A model generated the notes under the pieces. It did not search any database and was not told where the DNA came from. It saw only the letters and a list, made by a program, of their open reading frames with translations. 60,962 bases of DNA from Clostridia bacterium (GTDB lineage Bacteria; Bacillota; Clostridia; Christensenellales; DTU072), in the NCBI GenBank assembly GCA_017476265.1, contig JAFVAC010000033.1, forward strand, positions 1 through 60,962, read 5' to 3'. Numbering within the stretch: position 1 is the first letter of the stretch; the number at the start of each line of letters is the position of its first letter. A program made the translations under genes and the position numbers. Positions 29,351 to 39,351 of this stretch are shown here, one piece after another.

Positions 29351-30280
29351 ATGAACCTGAACCACTTAAAATACGCCGTCGAGGTACAAAAGACCGGCTC
29401 CATCTCCAAAGCTGCCGAAAATTTGTGTATGAACCAGCCCAATCTCAGCCGCGCTATCAAGGAGCTGGAGGAGTCTTTGGGCATCAACATTTTCAAACGC
29501 ACATCCAAAGGAATAAAGCCCACCGTGCAGGGAGAGGAGTTTTTGTCCTATGCGGTGGATATTCTGGCGCGGGTAGAGCTGGTGGAGGGGAGGTATTCGG
29601 ACGCGAAGAGATTCCGACAGCAGTTTTCGGTGTCGGTCCAGCGGTCGGGGTACATCGCCGACGCCTTCCGCGACTTTATGCGCGGGATAGACTTCGACAA
29701 GGCGACCGAGATCTACTATCGGGAGACCAACGCCATGCGCGCCATCACCAATCTCACGCAAGAGAACTATCACCTCGGCGTGGTCCGATATCAGACTGTC
29801 TTCGAGCCCTTTTTCCACTCCCTGTTCCGCGAGAAAGGGATTGTGGGGAAAAAGATCGTGGAGTTTTCATACAAACTCATTATGAGCGCCAAGCATCCTT
29901 TGGCGCAGGCGGAGGAGATCAAGTTTTCCGATCTTGCCGACTATATCCAGATCGCCTACGGCGACCCCTATGTGCCGTCGATGTCGCAGTTCGACGTCAA
30001 ACGGGAGGAGCGACTGGAAGAAAACGACAAGCGCGTCTACGTCTACGACCGCGCCAGCAAGATCGATCTCTTGACCGACTTGCCCGACGCCTATATGTTC
30101 GTCAGCGCGGTGCCGAAGCACCGCTTGGAGGAATATCACCTGGTGGAAAAGACCTGCGTGGACGACTTGCGTCGCTACGAGGACGTCCTCATCTACCTCA
30201 AAGAGTACCGTTTTTCCGACCTGGACAAGGCGTTTTTCGCCGCGTTGGAGAAGTCGAAAAACAACACTTTCGGCAAATAG
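29351..30280 (+). CDS. LysR-family transcriptional regulator
   Basis: GSISKAAENLCMNQPNLSRAIKELEESLG..FKRTSKG. Confidence 0.93.
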   Translation: MNLNHLKYAVEVQKTGSISKAAENLCMNQPNLSRAIKELEESLGINIFKRTSKGIKPTVQGEEFLSYAVDILARVELVEGRYSDAKRFRQQFSVSVQRSGYIADAFRDFMRGIDFDKATEIYYRETNAMRAITNLTQENYHLGVVRYQTVFEPFFHSLFREKGIVGKKIVEFSYKLIMSAKHPLAQAEEIKFSDLADYIQIAYGDPYVPSMSQFDVKREERLEENDKRVYVYDRASKIDLLTDLPDAYMFVSAVPKHRLEEYHLVEKTCVDDLRRYEDVLIYLKEYRFSDLDKAFFAALEKSKNNTFGK

Positions 30281-30295
30281 CCGTCCGTTTGTTTC

Positions 30296-30317
30296 GCCCC
30301 GTAAGGGGCATTTTTTT
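30296..30317 (+). terminator. Intrinsic terminator
   Basis: GCCCC-GTAA-GGGGC-ATTTTTTT. Confidence 0.75.
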
Positions 30318-30390
30318 ATGACCCGATCGATGGCAAAGCGGTATTTACTATAAATATACCTACTGTTTATTGACAATAGCGAAAGTTCTT

Positions 30391-30419
30391 TTGACAAAGG
30401 GCGTTTTTTCTGTTATAAT
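30391..30419 (+). promoter_or_regulatory. Consensus sigmaA promoter with extended -10
   Basis: TTGACA-17 nt-(TGT)TATAAT upstream of cyclophilin. Confidence 0.85.
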
Positions 30420-30467
30420 GCGAGAAAAGAGGCTCGGGAAAGCGTTTTCGGGCGAGAAAGGAGCAAA

Positions 30468-30980
30468 ATGGGCTATAAGAAAACGGACTTTGAGACGAAT
30501 TTTGTGAAGATCGAGATGGAGAGCGGGGACGGGATCGTCCTCGAACTGGACCCGACGACGGCGCCCATCACGGTCGCCAACTTCAAAAAACTGGTTGCTC
30601 GTGGCTTTTACGACGGGTTGATCTTTCATCGCGTCATCGCCGGATTTATGATCCAGGGCGGAGACCCGACCGGGACCGGTATGGGCGGGAGCGAAGAGAC
30701 GATCAAGGGCGAGTTCATAAAAAACGGCGTCAACAATCCGCTCAGCCACAAGCGCGGCGTGATCTCTATGGCGCGCAGTATGATGAACAATTCGGCTTCG
30801 TCCCAGTTCTTTATCTGCCACGCCGACGCGACTTTCCTCGACGGCTCTTACGCCGCGTTCGGCAAGACGGTGGAGGGGATCGAGACGGTGGATAAGATAG
30901 CCGCCGGGCGCACGGATCGGAACGACAGACCGTTGCAAACGCAAAAGATGAAAAAAGTTTACTTCGTCGAAGCGGAGTAG
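30468..30980 (+). CDS. Cyclophilin-type peptidyl-prolyl isomerase
   Basis: APITVANF, FHRVIAGFMIQGGDP, SMAR, SQFFI, LDGSYAAFG. Confidence 0.95.
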   Translation: MGYKKTDFETNFVKIEMESGDGIVLELDPTTAPITVANFKKLVARGFYDGLIFHRVIAGFMIQGGDPTGTGMGGSEETIKGEFIKNGVNNPLSHKRGVISMARSMMNNSASSQFFICHADATFLDGSYAAFGKTVEGIETVDKIAAGRTDRNDRPLQTQKMKKVYFVEAE

Positions 30981-30995
30981 GAAAAGGAGATATAT

Positions 30996-31784
30996 ATGTC
31001 TGATATGGATATTTTACGGTCCAAGCACGGGTTCGTGTGCGATATGGACGGCGTCATCTATCACGGGAATCAACTGTTGCCCGGTGTGAAAGAGTTCGTC
31101 GATTGGCTCAAGGCGTCGGACAAGAGATTCTTGTTTTTGACCAACGCCAGCGGCAAGTCGCCGAAAGAACTGCAGAGAAAACTCAAGCGTATGGGGCTGG
31201 ACGTAGGGGAGGAGAACTTCTACACCTCGGCGCAAGCCACCGCGAAATTTTTGTCCACGCAGGCGCCCGGTTGTTCGGCGTACGTCATCGGCGAGCCGGG
31301 ACTCTACAACGCCATCTACGACGCGGGGATCACGATGAACGACGTCGACCCGGACTACGTCGTCGTGGGCGAGACCTACAACTATAATCTCGACTATATG
31401 TGCAAAGCGATGCGTATGGTGGAGAAGGGCGCGAGACTCATCGCCACCAACTCCGACCTCGTCTATCCCGACGAGTACGGCAACGTGCCCGCTTGCCGCG
31501 CGCTGGTGTCTCCGATCGAATTGACGACCGGAAGGCAGGCGTACTACATCGGTAAGCCAAATCCGCTCATGATGCGCACGGCTTTACATATGCTGGACAC
31601 CCACTCGGGGGACAGCGTGATGATCGGTGACCGTATGGATACCGACATAATAGCCGGCATAGAGTCCGGTATGACAAGCGTATTGGTCCTGTCCGGCGTA
31701 TCCACGAGAGAGAACATCGCCGTCTTCCCATATCGTCCGCACTATATTCTCGACGGCGTGGGAGACATCGCGCTCAAAGCGTAA
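30996..31784 (+). CDS. HAD-IIA hydrolase (NagD-like)
   Basis: DMDGVIY, LTN, IGKPN, MIGDRMDTDI. Confidence 0.92.
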   Translation: MSDMDILRSKHGFVCDMDGVIYHGNQLLPGVKEFVDWLKASDKRFLFLTNASGKSPKELQRKLKRMGLDVGEENFYTSAQATAKFLSTQAPGCSAYVIGEPGLYNAIYDAGITMNDVDPDYVVVGETYNYNLDYMCKAMRMVEKGARLIATNSDLVYPDEYGNVPACRALVSPIELTTGRQAYYIGKPNPLMMRTALHMLDTHSGDSVMIGDRMDTDIIAGIESGMTSVLVLSGVSTRENIAVFPYRPHYILDGVGDIALKA

Positions 31785-31833
31785 AAGACATATTTTTCAT
31801 AGGAAAAAATATCAATAGACAAGGGAGAAAGAC

Positions 31834-33105
31834 ATGAAAAACGGCAAAATAATCATCACGAATGTCATCATCGTCTTGGTTGCGGTCGCTGCCATCGTCA
31901 CGTTGTGGCTGGGGAGCTTTATGCAGATCGACCTGAGCCTCACCGTCAATCAAAAGAACGTCGAGGAGATCGCCGGAGAGGAAGCGGACGTGTCCGCTTT
32001 GGGGGAGTTTTCCATAACGATCCCGCTCAGTCTTACGTTGAAGGACTCCGATGGGATCAGCGCCATCTTCGGCGATCGTACCGCCGTGACCAAACAGGTC
32101 GTGGAGCGTGAGATCTCGAGCGTATTGCAGAATCTTTTCTCCGCCGCGAAAGACGTTATGAAGACGGTCACGAAAGCCGTCGTCAACAAGGCGGTGGACG
32201 AGGCGAAAAACGCCATCGAGAAGCAACTCGGCGAGGGGACCGACACGCAAAAGGTCCTCGAAGAGCAGTACGGCGTGTCCGGGGAGGACATCGAGACCTT
32301 CAAGACGGAGCTCTCGGACACCATCACCCTCGTCCTGGACGGAGGGAGCACGGACGACCTGAAGGCAAAACTGGAGGACTCCGAGACGTTGGATAAGATC
32401 CTCGAGGCATACGCCGAGGCGGAACTGAAAGAGAAGCTCGGCGTGGACACTCTTGACGACGAGCAAAAGGCGCAAGCCGCCGCCAATGCGGAGGAGAAGA
32501 AGAACGAGGTCCTCGACAAGTACGACGAAGTGATCGAACAGTTCGCCGACGAAGAGGGCAATCTTTCGGTCGGTAGCATCGTCGCCGGGATGATGGACGA
32601 AGCCGGGATCAAGGACGACAACGGGGACAAAGTGAAGATCGAGACCGAAGAGGACTTAAAGAACTTCATCTCCGAAAAGATCAACGGGACGATGGAAGAG
32701 AACACCGAGTACATCGGCTACGCGCTGATGGGACTGGGCGTGTTCGTCCTGTTCGTGATGGCTTGCTGGGCGTACGTCATCCTCAAGATCATCATCAAAC
32801 TCTTTATGAAAAACAAGACCGTCTTCTTCGGTCTGCCGCAAGCGTTCGGGTGGATGCCACACGTCTTTTTCATCGGTCTGCCGATGACGATCATCAGACT
32901 GTCCGACGTCATCTTGCCGAAACTCTCCGATCAACTCGGCGAGGACGCCACCAAGGTCGTCAAAATGGCGCAGAATATGGTCAGTCTGAACGTCTCCTCC
33001 CTGACTTGGGTGAGCGCGTTGTGCACGGTGGTGCTTCTTATCATCTCCTTCTTCTACTATAAGTGGAGACGTCAGATCAAGAAAGAACTCAAGAGCGGCA
33101 AATAG
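31834..33105 (+). CDS. Hypothetical membrane protein with large acidic helical domain
   Basis: One N-terminal TM, long Asp/Glu-rich region, about three C-terminal TM segments; host-like codon pattern. Confidence 0.75.
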   Translation: MKNGKIIITNVIIVLVAVAAIVTLWLGSFMQIDLSLTVNQKNVEEIAGEEADVSALGEFSITIPLSLTLKDSDGISAIFGDRTAVTKQVVEREISSVLQNLFSAAKDVMKTVTKAVVNKAVDEAKNAIEKQLGEGTDTQKVLEEQYGVSGEDIETFKTELSDTITLVLDGGSTDDLKAKLEDSETLDKILEAYAEAELKEKLGVDTLDDEQKAQAAANAEEKKNEVLDKYDEVIEQFADEEGNLSVGSIVAGMMDEAGIKDDNGDKVKIETEEDLKNFISEKINGTMEENTEYIGYALMGLGVFVLFVMACWAYVILKIIIKLFMKNKTVFFGLPQAFGWMPHVFFIGLPMTIIRLSDVILPKLSDQLGEDATKVVKMAQNMVSLNVSSLTWVSALCTVVLLIISFFYYKWRRQIKKELKSGK

Positions 33106-33317
33106 AGTTTCCGCGTCGGAAGTCCGCATTGACAAAGGATATCGACGAATAAAAAGAATGGCAAAAGGGGCTGTCAAAGCCCCTTTTTTCTACATTATTC
33201 GACAAAGGTAAAAAAACACCAAAATCCGCACCGTAGAGGAATTGGGTATTGAACATTGTCAAACCTCGTGGTATAATTTTGTTGAAGACAAAATACTGTA
33301 TATTTGGGGAGAGCATC

Positions 33318-34304
33318 GTGGGCACCGCAAACGAAATATTCGACAGGAACTATAACAATATAATAAAAAGGCTGGAGCTCGCAGGCATCACGCCGCTCAT
33401 CAAGATCGACGACGTGAAAGACGCACTGCCGCTTATGGGGGCTTTGACCGCCGCCAACGTCAACGTGGTGGAGATCACTTTCCGCACGTCCGCGGCAAGA
33501 GACGTCATAAAAATGATCTCCTCTAAGACCAACCTTTTGGTCGGGGCTGGCACGGTCATCTCCATCGAACAAGTCAACGACGCCGTGGGAGCCGGAGCCA
33601 AATACATCGTCACCCCCGCCTTCAATCCCAAAGTCGTGGATCGCTGTATAGAATTGGGCGTGCCGGTCTTTCCGGGGTGCAGCTCTGCTACCGACATCGA
33701 GCAGGCGTACGAAAAAGGTCTGCGTGTGGTCAAGTTCTTCCCGTCCGAGCTCCTCGGTGGCGTCAAAATGTTACGCGCGTTGAGCGGGCCGTATCCTTTT
33801 ATGCGCTTCATTCCCACCGGTGGGATCCGCGCCGACAATCTCAACGAGTACCTGTCCTTTAACAAAGTCCTCTGTTGCGGCGGGACCTATATCGTGCCTG
33901 AAGAACTTCTTAAGCAAAAGAGATATCAGGAGATCACGCGCATTGCCCGCGAGAGCGTCAACAAGATGCTGGACATCAAACTCGACCACGTCGCCATCAA
34001 TACCGACTACGCCACGGGGACCAATCTCTTGAAGACTTTTTCCAAACTGTCGGGCGAGGTCTACGTCGAGAGCGAAGACAAGGTCTGCGGCATCGAGGTC
34101 GTCCGCGACGGCAAACACGACAATCTCGGACACATCGCCTTTTCCTCTCCCAATCTGGAGCGGTGCGTGTACTACCTGGAGATGAGAGGATTCGTCGTGG
34201 ATCCATCGACCGTCGTCAAAGAAAACGGAAAAATAGCCAAACTGCACTTATCCGGAGACAACGCCGGCTTCACGATACAACTCATTCGTAAACAAGATCC
34301 GTAA
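33318..34304 (+). CDS. eda: KDPG/KHG aldolase with C-terminal extension
   Basis: VEITFRT, VGAGTV, VKFFP, FIPTGGI; extra domain with HVAIN and GHIAF; GTG start after GGGGAG is a guess. Confidence 0.85.
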   Translation: MGTANEIFDRNYNNIIKRLELAGITPLIKIDDVKDALPLMGALTAANVNVVEITFRTSAARDVIKMISSKTNLLVGAGTVISIEQVNDAVGAGAKYIVTPAFNPKVVDRCIELGVPVFPGCSSATDIEQAYEKGLRVVKFFPSELLGGVKMLRALSGPYPFMRFIPTGGIRADNLNEYLSFNKVLCCGGTYIVPEELLKQKRYQEITRIARESVNKMLDIKLDHVAINTDYATGTNLLKTFSKLSGEVYVESEDKVCGIEVVRDGKHDNLGHIAFSSPNLERCVYYLEMRGFVVDPSTVVKENGKIAKLHLSGDNAGFTIQLIRKQDP

Positions 34305-34441
34305 AATATGAAAAAAAGTTCACAAAAGACGTTCGTTTGATTGACATCGGACGTCTTTTTGCTATATACTTTTTCAAAAAGAGCGTTTCGGCTCTTTTTG
34401 AGAATAGGTTAGCGTCAACTAACAAAATAGAGAGGTAAGAT

Positions 34442-35140
34442 ATGTTTATCGAAATCACGGATATCAGAAAGGACTTCGGCGCGGGGGACAACGTGACGCA
34501 CGCCCTCAGCGGGGCGTCGTTTTCGATGGAAAAGGGCGAGATGGTGGTCCTCTTGGGACCGTCCGGCAGCGGCAAGTCCACTCTCCTCAACATCATCGGC
34601 GGGATCGAGTCCGCCGACGCGGGCACGGTGGAGATCAACGGTGAAAGCATACAGGGGATGACGGAAAGACAGCGCGTACTGTTCCGCAGAAATCACCTAG
34701 GCTACGTCTTTCAGTCCTACAATCTGATCCCCAATCTGACGGTCCGGGAAAATATCGAAGTGGGGGCGTACCTGTCCAAAAACGCCCTGAAAGTGGACGA
34801 GTTGATCGAGGTCCTCGGCTTGCGCGACCATGAGAACAAGGTCCCGTCGCAACTTTCCGGCGGGCAGCAACAGCGCACCTCCATCGGACGGGCGATCGTG
34901 AAAAATCCCGATCTTTTATTGTGCGACGAGCCGACGGGGGCGTTGGACAGCGACACGTCCAAACAGATTCTCGAATTGATCGAGGAGGTCAAAAAGGAAT
35001 ACGGAACGTCCATCATCATGGTCACGCACAACGAGGTCATCGCCAAGATGGCGGACAGAATTATTCGCTTGAAGGACGGCAAGATCGTCTCCGATGAGAA
35101 AAACAACGACAAGGTCAAGGCGGGCGAATTGGTATTATGA
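34442..35140 (+). CDS. ABC transporter ATP-binding protein (LolD/MacB type)
   Basis: GPSGSGKS, LSGGQQQR, CDEPTGALD. Confidence 0.95.
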   Translation: MFIEITDIRKDFGAGDNVTHALSGASFSMEKGEMVVLLGPSGSGKSTLLNIIGGIESADAGTVEINGESIQGMTERQRVLFRRNHLGYVFQSYNLIPNLTVRENIEVGAYLSKNALKVDELIEVLGLRDHENKVPSQLSGGQQQRTSIGRAIVKNPDLLLCDEPTGALDSDTSKQILELIEEVKKEYGTSIIMVTHNEVIAKMADRIIRLKDGKIVSDEKNNDKVKAGELVL

Positions 35141-37401
35141 AAAATCCATTGTACAAACGGCTCAAGAGGGAGTTCGTACACGATCTACCCAAGTATATCG
35201 TCATTTTTTTGTTTTTGGTCCTGCCGATCGCGCTCTGCGCCGGCTATATGATCGGCAACGACTCTATGATCAGGACCTACAACGAGGCGAAGGAGAAATA
35301 CATGCTCGAGGACGGACACTTTCAGACGATGTTTTCGTTAAGTCAAGAAAAGATCGCCGAGATCGAACGGACCGAGTCGATCAAGGTCTATCCGCTGGAG
35401 TATAAGGAAGAACAAAGCGACAAAAAGCACACCGTGCGGATCTACGACTTGTCCGATCGGACGGAGGTCGATACGATCTGCGTCCATAAAGGAGCTCTGC
35501 CAAAAAGCGCAAGCGAGATCGCCCTCGACCGTCTCTACTGCGAAAACAACGGCATATCCGTCGGAGATAAATATAAAATTAAAGATAAGGTATACAAAAT
35601 AAGCGGTTTCGTATCCCTTTTTGACTATTCCTGCTTGTTCAAGAGGAACACCGACACAATGTTCAACGCGCAGACTTTCACAATAGCGATCCTGACGCAC
35701 GAAGGGTTTGACGCATTGGACGAGGGAAATCTTGTCTACAATTATGCCTATCGCTTTTTTACGCGATTGGATGAGAAGACCGCGCACACAAGGAACAGCG
35801 ACTTACGAAAGAGCCTGTATCGGTACGCCGCCGAAAGCGGCAATATGCTGACGGACTATCTCGCAAAAGAGGACAACCAAGCCATAAACTTTTCCATCAC
35901 CGATATAGATGGGGACCTGACGATGATGCTCATCTTCGGGATCCTCATCGTGGGAGGGCTGGCGTTCGTGTTCGCGCTGTCGATCAAGAGTCAGATCGAG
36001 GGCGAGATGGGCAGTATCGGCACGCTCAAGGCGATGGGATATAAAAACGGGGAACTTCTCAGGCACTATCTCATTTTACCGACGTCGGTGACGCTGCTCG
36101 CCGGCGTCGTCGGCAACGTACTCGCCTATACCGCGCTCAAGGACTACCTCGTCCGATTGTACTACCACTCCTATTCTTTGCCGACGTATACGACGTACTA
36201 CAACGCGAAGGCTTTTCTGTTCACGACGGTGATCCCCATCGCGCTCGTCGTCTGCATCAACGTCGTCATTCTCGTCCGCTCGCTCAAGGTCCCCGCGCTG
36301 CAATTTTTGCGTGGGACGTTGAGCAAAAAGCGCGCCCAAAAGGTCCTGCCTTTGAGCAAGAAACTGCCCTTTATGACCCGATTCCGCGCCCGCGTGATCG
36401 GACAGAACGTCGGGACGTACGTCGCGCTGTTTTTCGGGACCCTGTTCGCGTGCGTGATACTACTGTTCGGACTGATGATGTCGCCGCTCCTATCGCACTA
36501 TAAAGAGGTGGTCATCGCTTCTCAGCTGGCACCTTATCAGACCGTCCTCAAGTCCGACGTGCCCGTCTCCGACGCCGAAGCCGAAAAGCTATACTTCGCG
36601 CAGTTGACGTACGGGCTGGACGACGTGATGATCTACGGAGTGGAAAAGACGGGCGCAGAGTCAAAGTATCTGCAAAAACTCTCTTTGACGTCGGGAAAAG
36701 TCGTCGTCAACAACGCTATGAGCGAAAAGTACGGTCTGAACAAGGGCTCACATTTTACGATGGGGCAGAAGTTCGGAGATAAGAAGTACGATTTTTCGGT
36801 CTCGGACGTCTTCGCCAACGACGGCGCACTCGTCGTCTTCATACCTTCGGAGGACTTTTTGGCGACGTTCTTGTCCGAAGAGTATCTCATATCCTACCTC
36901 TCCAAAGAGCGTCTTACGGTGGAGGACGCAATGATCTACAAGACCATCACCATCGACGATCTGACCACGACCAGCGACCAGTTGACCAGTTCGATGGGGG
37001 ACGTGTTCTTACTGTTCACCGTCTTCTCCGTGATCCTGTTTGCTCTGCTCATCTATCTTTTGGCGAAGATCGTCATAGAAAAGAACGCGAAACAGATCTC
37101 CATGATGAAGATCCTCGGATATAAGACCAAAGAGGTCAGTCGCGCGTACAACGTCCCCACCGGGATCGTCGTGATGGTATCTTTGGCGATCAACACGCTC
37201 CTGAGCGTCCTTCTTATAAAGGTTTTATGGAACGCTATCGTGCCGCTGAGAATGCGCGGTTGGGTCGGCTTTTACGTCGCGCCCTATCTCTATCCGGTCA
37301 TCATGGCGTTGGGGTTTGTGAGCTATCTCGCCGTGTACTTTATCGAGAGTCTGAAGATCTCGAAGATCAGTCTGTCGGAGACGCTGAAAGGCGCGATTTG
37401 A
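35137..37401 (+). CDS. ABC transporter permease (duplicated FtsX-like)
   Basis: Overlaps ATPase; IGTLKAMGY and ISMMKILGY motifs; two extracellular domains. Confidence 0.9.
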   Translation: MKNPLYKRLKREFVHDLPKYIVIFLFLVLPIALCAGYMIGNDSMIRTYNEAKEKYMLEDGHFQTMFSLSQEKIAEIERTESIKVYPLEYKEEQSDKKHTVRIYDLSDRTEVDTICVHKGALPKSASEIALDRLYCENNGISVGDKYKIKDKVYKISGFVSLFDYSCLFKRNTDTMFNAQTFTIAILTHEGFDALDEGNLVYNYAYRFFTRLDEKTAHTRNSDLRKSLYRYAAESGNMLTDYLAKEDNQAINFSITDIDGDLTMMLIFGILIVGGLAFVFALSIKSQIEGEMGSIGTLKAMGYKNGELLRHYLILPTSVTLLAGVVGNVLAYTALKDYLVRLYYHSYSLPTYTTYYNAKAFLFTTVIPIALVVCINVVILVRSLKVPALQFLRGTLSKKRAQKVLPLSKKLPFMTRFRARVIGQNVGTYVALFFGTLFACVILLFGLMMSPLLSHYKEVVIASQLAPYQTVLKSDVPVSDAEAEKLYFAQLTYGLDDVMIYGVEKTGAESKYLQKLSLTSGKVVVNNAMSEKYGLNKGSHFTMGQKFGDKKYDFSVSDVFANDGALVVFIPSEDFLATFLSEEYLISYLSKERLTVEDAMIYKTITIDDLTTTSDQLTSSMGDVFLLFTVFSVILFALLIYLLAKIVIEKNAKQISMMKILGYKTKEVSRAYNVPTGIVVMVSLAINTLLSVLLIKVLWNAIVPLRMRGWVGFYVAPYLYPVIMALGFVSYLAVYFIESLKISKISLSETLKGAI

Positions 37402-37458
37402 CGGTTTGCGACGGGGCGGTCGCATCAATCGCCGTCTTCAACAGTTTAAACTCGATCG

Positions 37459-38259
37459 CTATATCCGTCTGACGGCGAGCAGGTTTTTTTGTCGGGCGGG
37501 CGACAGGGGTTCGATGACGGCGTGATCGGAGGCGGTATGCAGTATGTATCCTTCGCCAAGGTACAGTGCGACGTGACCGATCCGTTCGATTCCGGTTTTG
37601 TTTATACGGGAAGCGTTGGTAAAAAACATCAGATCTCCCCGTTCGGGCGACGACAGCGGTACGGGGCTCCCTTGCAGCACCTGCGTGCGGGTCGTCGTGG
37701 ACAGGAGCGCGTCTTTGCCGTAATAAAAAAGGAATTGCATCAAGGACGAACAGTCGAATTTTTCGGGAGAGAAGGCGGACAGGAGTCGCCCGGTCCCGTC
37801 GTGAAGTCGCACCGCACCGTAGACGTAGGGAGTGCCGAGGTAACGGCAGCCGTAGGACACGACCCGCTCCGTCTCTTCGGTGGAGCGGGGCAAAAGGATC
37901 TTTCGGACGTATTTTTTGGCGACGTACGCTCTTTTATTGCGGTAGACGGTCTCCACCCAGTCTTCTCCGTCGGCGATACAGGCGACCATGTCGTCCTTGT
38001 CCAAAGTGCCGAGGGAGGAATAGGCGGTCCCGGGTCCGGAGCGGATGTTGAGTCCCGCTACAGTCGATTTGAGATAGAGGACGAACGGTTCGGGCGTCGA
38101 TAAAAGCGGGTCCTCTTTTGGGATGGGGTCTGTGATCGGGAGGTCTTCTGTAGGAGCCCCCGGAACGTCGGGCTCGGTCGTCGCGGCGGTGCCGCCGGGC
38201 ACGCAAGCGCCGAAAAAGACCGCGCACAGGACGATGGGCAAGAAGAGTGTTTTTTTCAT
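37459..38259 (-). CDS. SH3 + NlpC/P60 cell-wall peptidase, probable lipoprotein
   Basis: Signal with FGAC; LNIRSGPGT SH3b; YLGTPYVYG, FDCSS, GDLMFF, HVALYLG. Confidence 0.9.
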   Translation of the reverse strand: MKKTLFLPIVLCAVFFGACVPGGTAATTEPDVPGAPTEDLPITDPIPKEDPLLSTPEPFVLYLKSTVAGLNIRSGPGTAYSSLGTLDKDDMVACIADGEDWVETVYRNKRAYVAKKYVRKILLPRSTEETERVVSYGCRYLGTPYVYGAVRLHDGTGRLLSAFSPEKFDCSSLMQFLFYYGKDALLSTTTRTQVLQGSPVPLSSPERGDLMFFTNASRINKTGIERIGHVALYLGEGYILHTASDHAVIEPLSPARQKNLLAVRRI

Positions 38260-38415
38260 AGTTTTTTCCCCTGTTTTTACTTCGGGTACATAGTAGCACG
38301 AAAATATACCTTTTTTCGGTGGGAAATTTTGCCTGTTTCGGCGCGGTCCGTATTGCAATAAGCGTGCCTTTCGTGCTACAATATGGACATATACAATCTC
38401 TTTTCGGGAGGGTCT

Positions 38416-39351
38416 ATGAAGAAAGGGACTATCGTCGCCGCGTCCGTCCTTGCGGCGGTTTTCGTCGCGCTGATTTCCGTAGGCACGTTCTTTGATCTTT
38501 CGATAAGTCGCGCGTTATACGACGGGCAGAACGGTTTCGGACGTTTTTTTACCCATTTTGCCGAGGCTCCGACCTATTTCGTGACGGCGTTGTCCTCCCT
38601 CGTCCTCTATCGATCGATCGGACGCAAGAATAAGTTGTACCGATATCTCAAGCCCGCGGCGCTCGTGTTGTTCCTTGCCGCGTGCTATCTGCTCCGTTGG
38701 TGGTTCGTCGAAGAGTTCTTCAGCGAGGGGGGGATGAACTACGTCTACGCCGCCGTGTTCGCGCTCTTTCTGTTTTCTCTTGGCTTCTTGACTACGCGCA
38801 AGGCGGATCGTGAGGTCTTTGTTCGCCTTTTGATCGCGGCGACGGTCTTTTTGGCGACCACGATCGTCGCGCAAGGTCTGACCGAACTGGTCAAATACCT
38901 CTGGTCCAGACAGGCGTACTCCACCCTTGCCTGCGCCAACGGGCTCGTCGGGACGGACGGCTATACGCCCTGGTACGTCGTCAATTTGGGCAATAACAAC
39001 CCCGACTTTCTCGTCTACGACGGGGAGGTGCAGGACTATTTTTATCGTGCGTTCCCGTCGGCGGGGACGGCTTCTTACGCCGCGCTTTTATCGCTTACGA
39101 TCCTGCCCGAACTCTTTCCGCAAGCAAAGAAGTACGAGCCCTTCTTCTATGCCGTGCCGGGCGCGTTGATCGTGTTGGTGGGGCTGGGAGGAATCATATC
39201 CGGACGGGAGTATCTGACCGACGTCGTCTTCGGCGCGGCGATCGGCGTCCTTGCCTCGTTCGGCTTGAAGGCGTTGTTAAAAAAGTTGTGGAAAAAGCGC
39301 GTCCCGTTTTTTCAGACGGGAGAGGCGCAAGATAATGAGGTGACGGCGTGA
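38416..39351 (+). CDS. PAP2-superfamily membrane protein with degenerate catalytic motifs
   Basis: K....SRQAY, AFPSAGTAS, GGIISGREYLTDV align with the three PAP2 motifs. Confidence 0.7.
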   Translation: MKKGTIVAASVLAAVFVALISVGTFFDLSISRALYDGQNGFGRFFTHFAEAPTYFVTALSSLVLYRSIGRKNKLYRYLKPAALVLFLAACYLLRWWFVEEFFSEGGMNYVYAAVFALFLFSLGFLTTRKADREVFVRLLIAATVFLATTIVAQGLTELVKYLWSRQAYSTLACANGLVGTDGYTPWYVVNLGNNNPDFLVYDGEVQDYFYRAFPSAGTASYAALLSLTILPELFPQAKKYEPFFYAVPGALIVLVGLGGIISGREYLTDVVFGAAIGVLASFGLKALLKKLWKKRVPFFQTGEAQDNEVTA

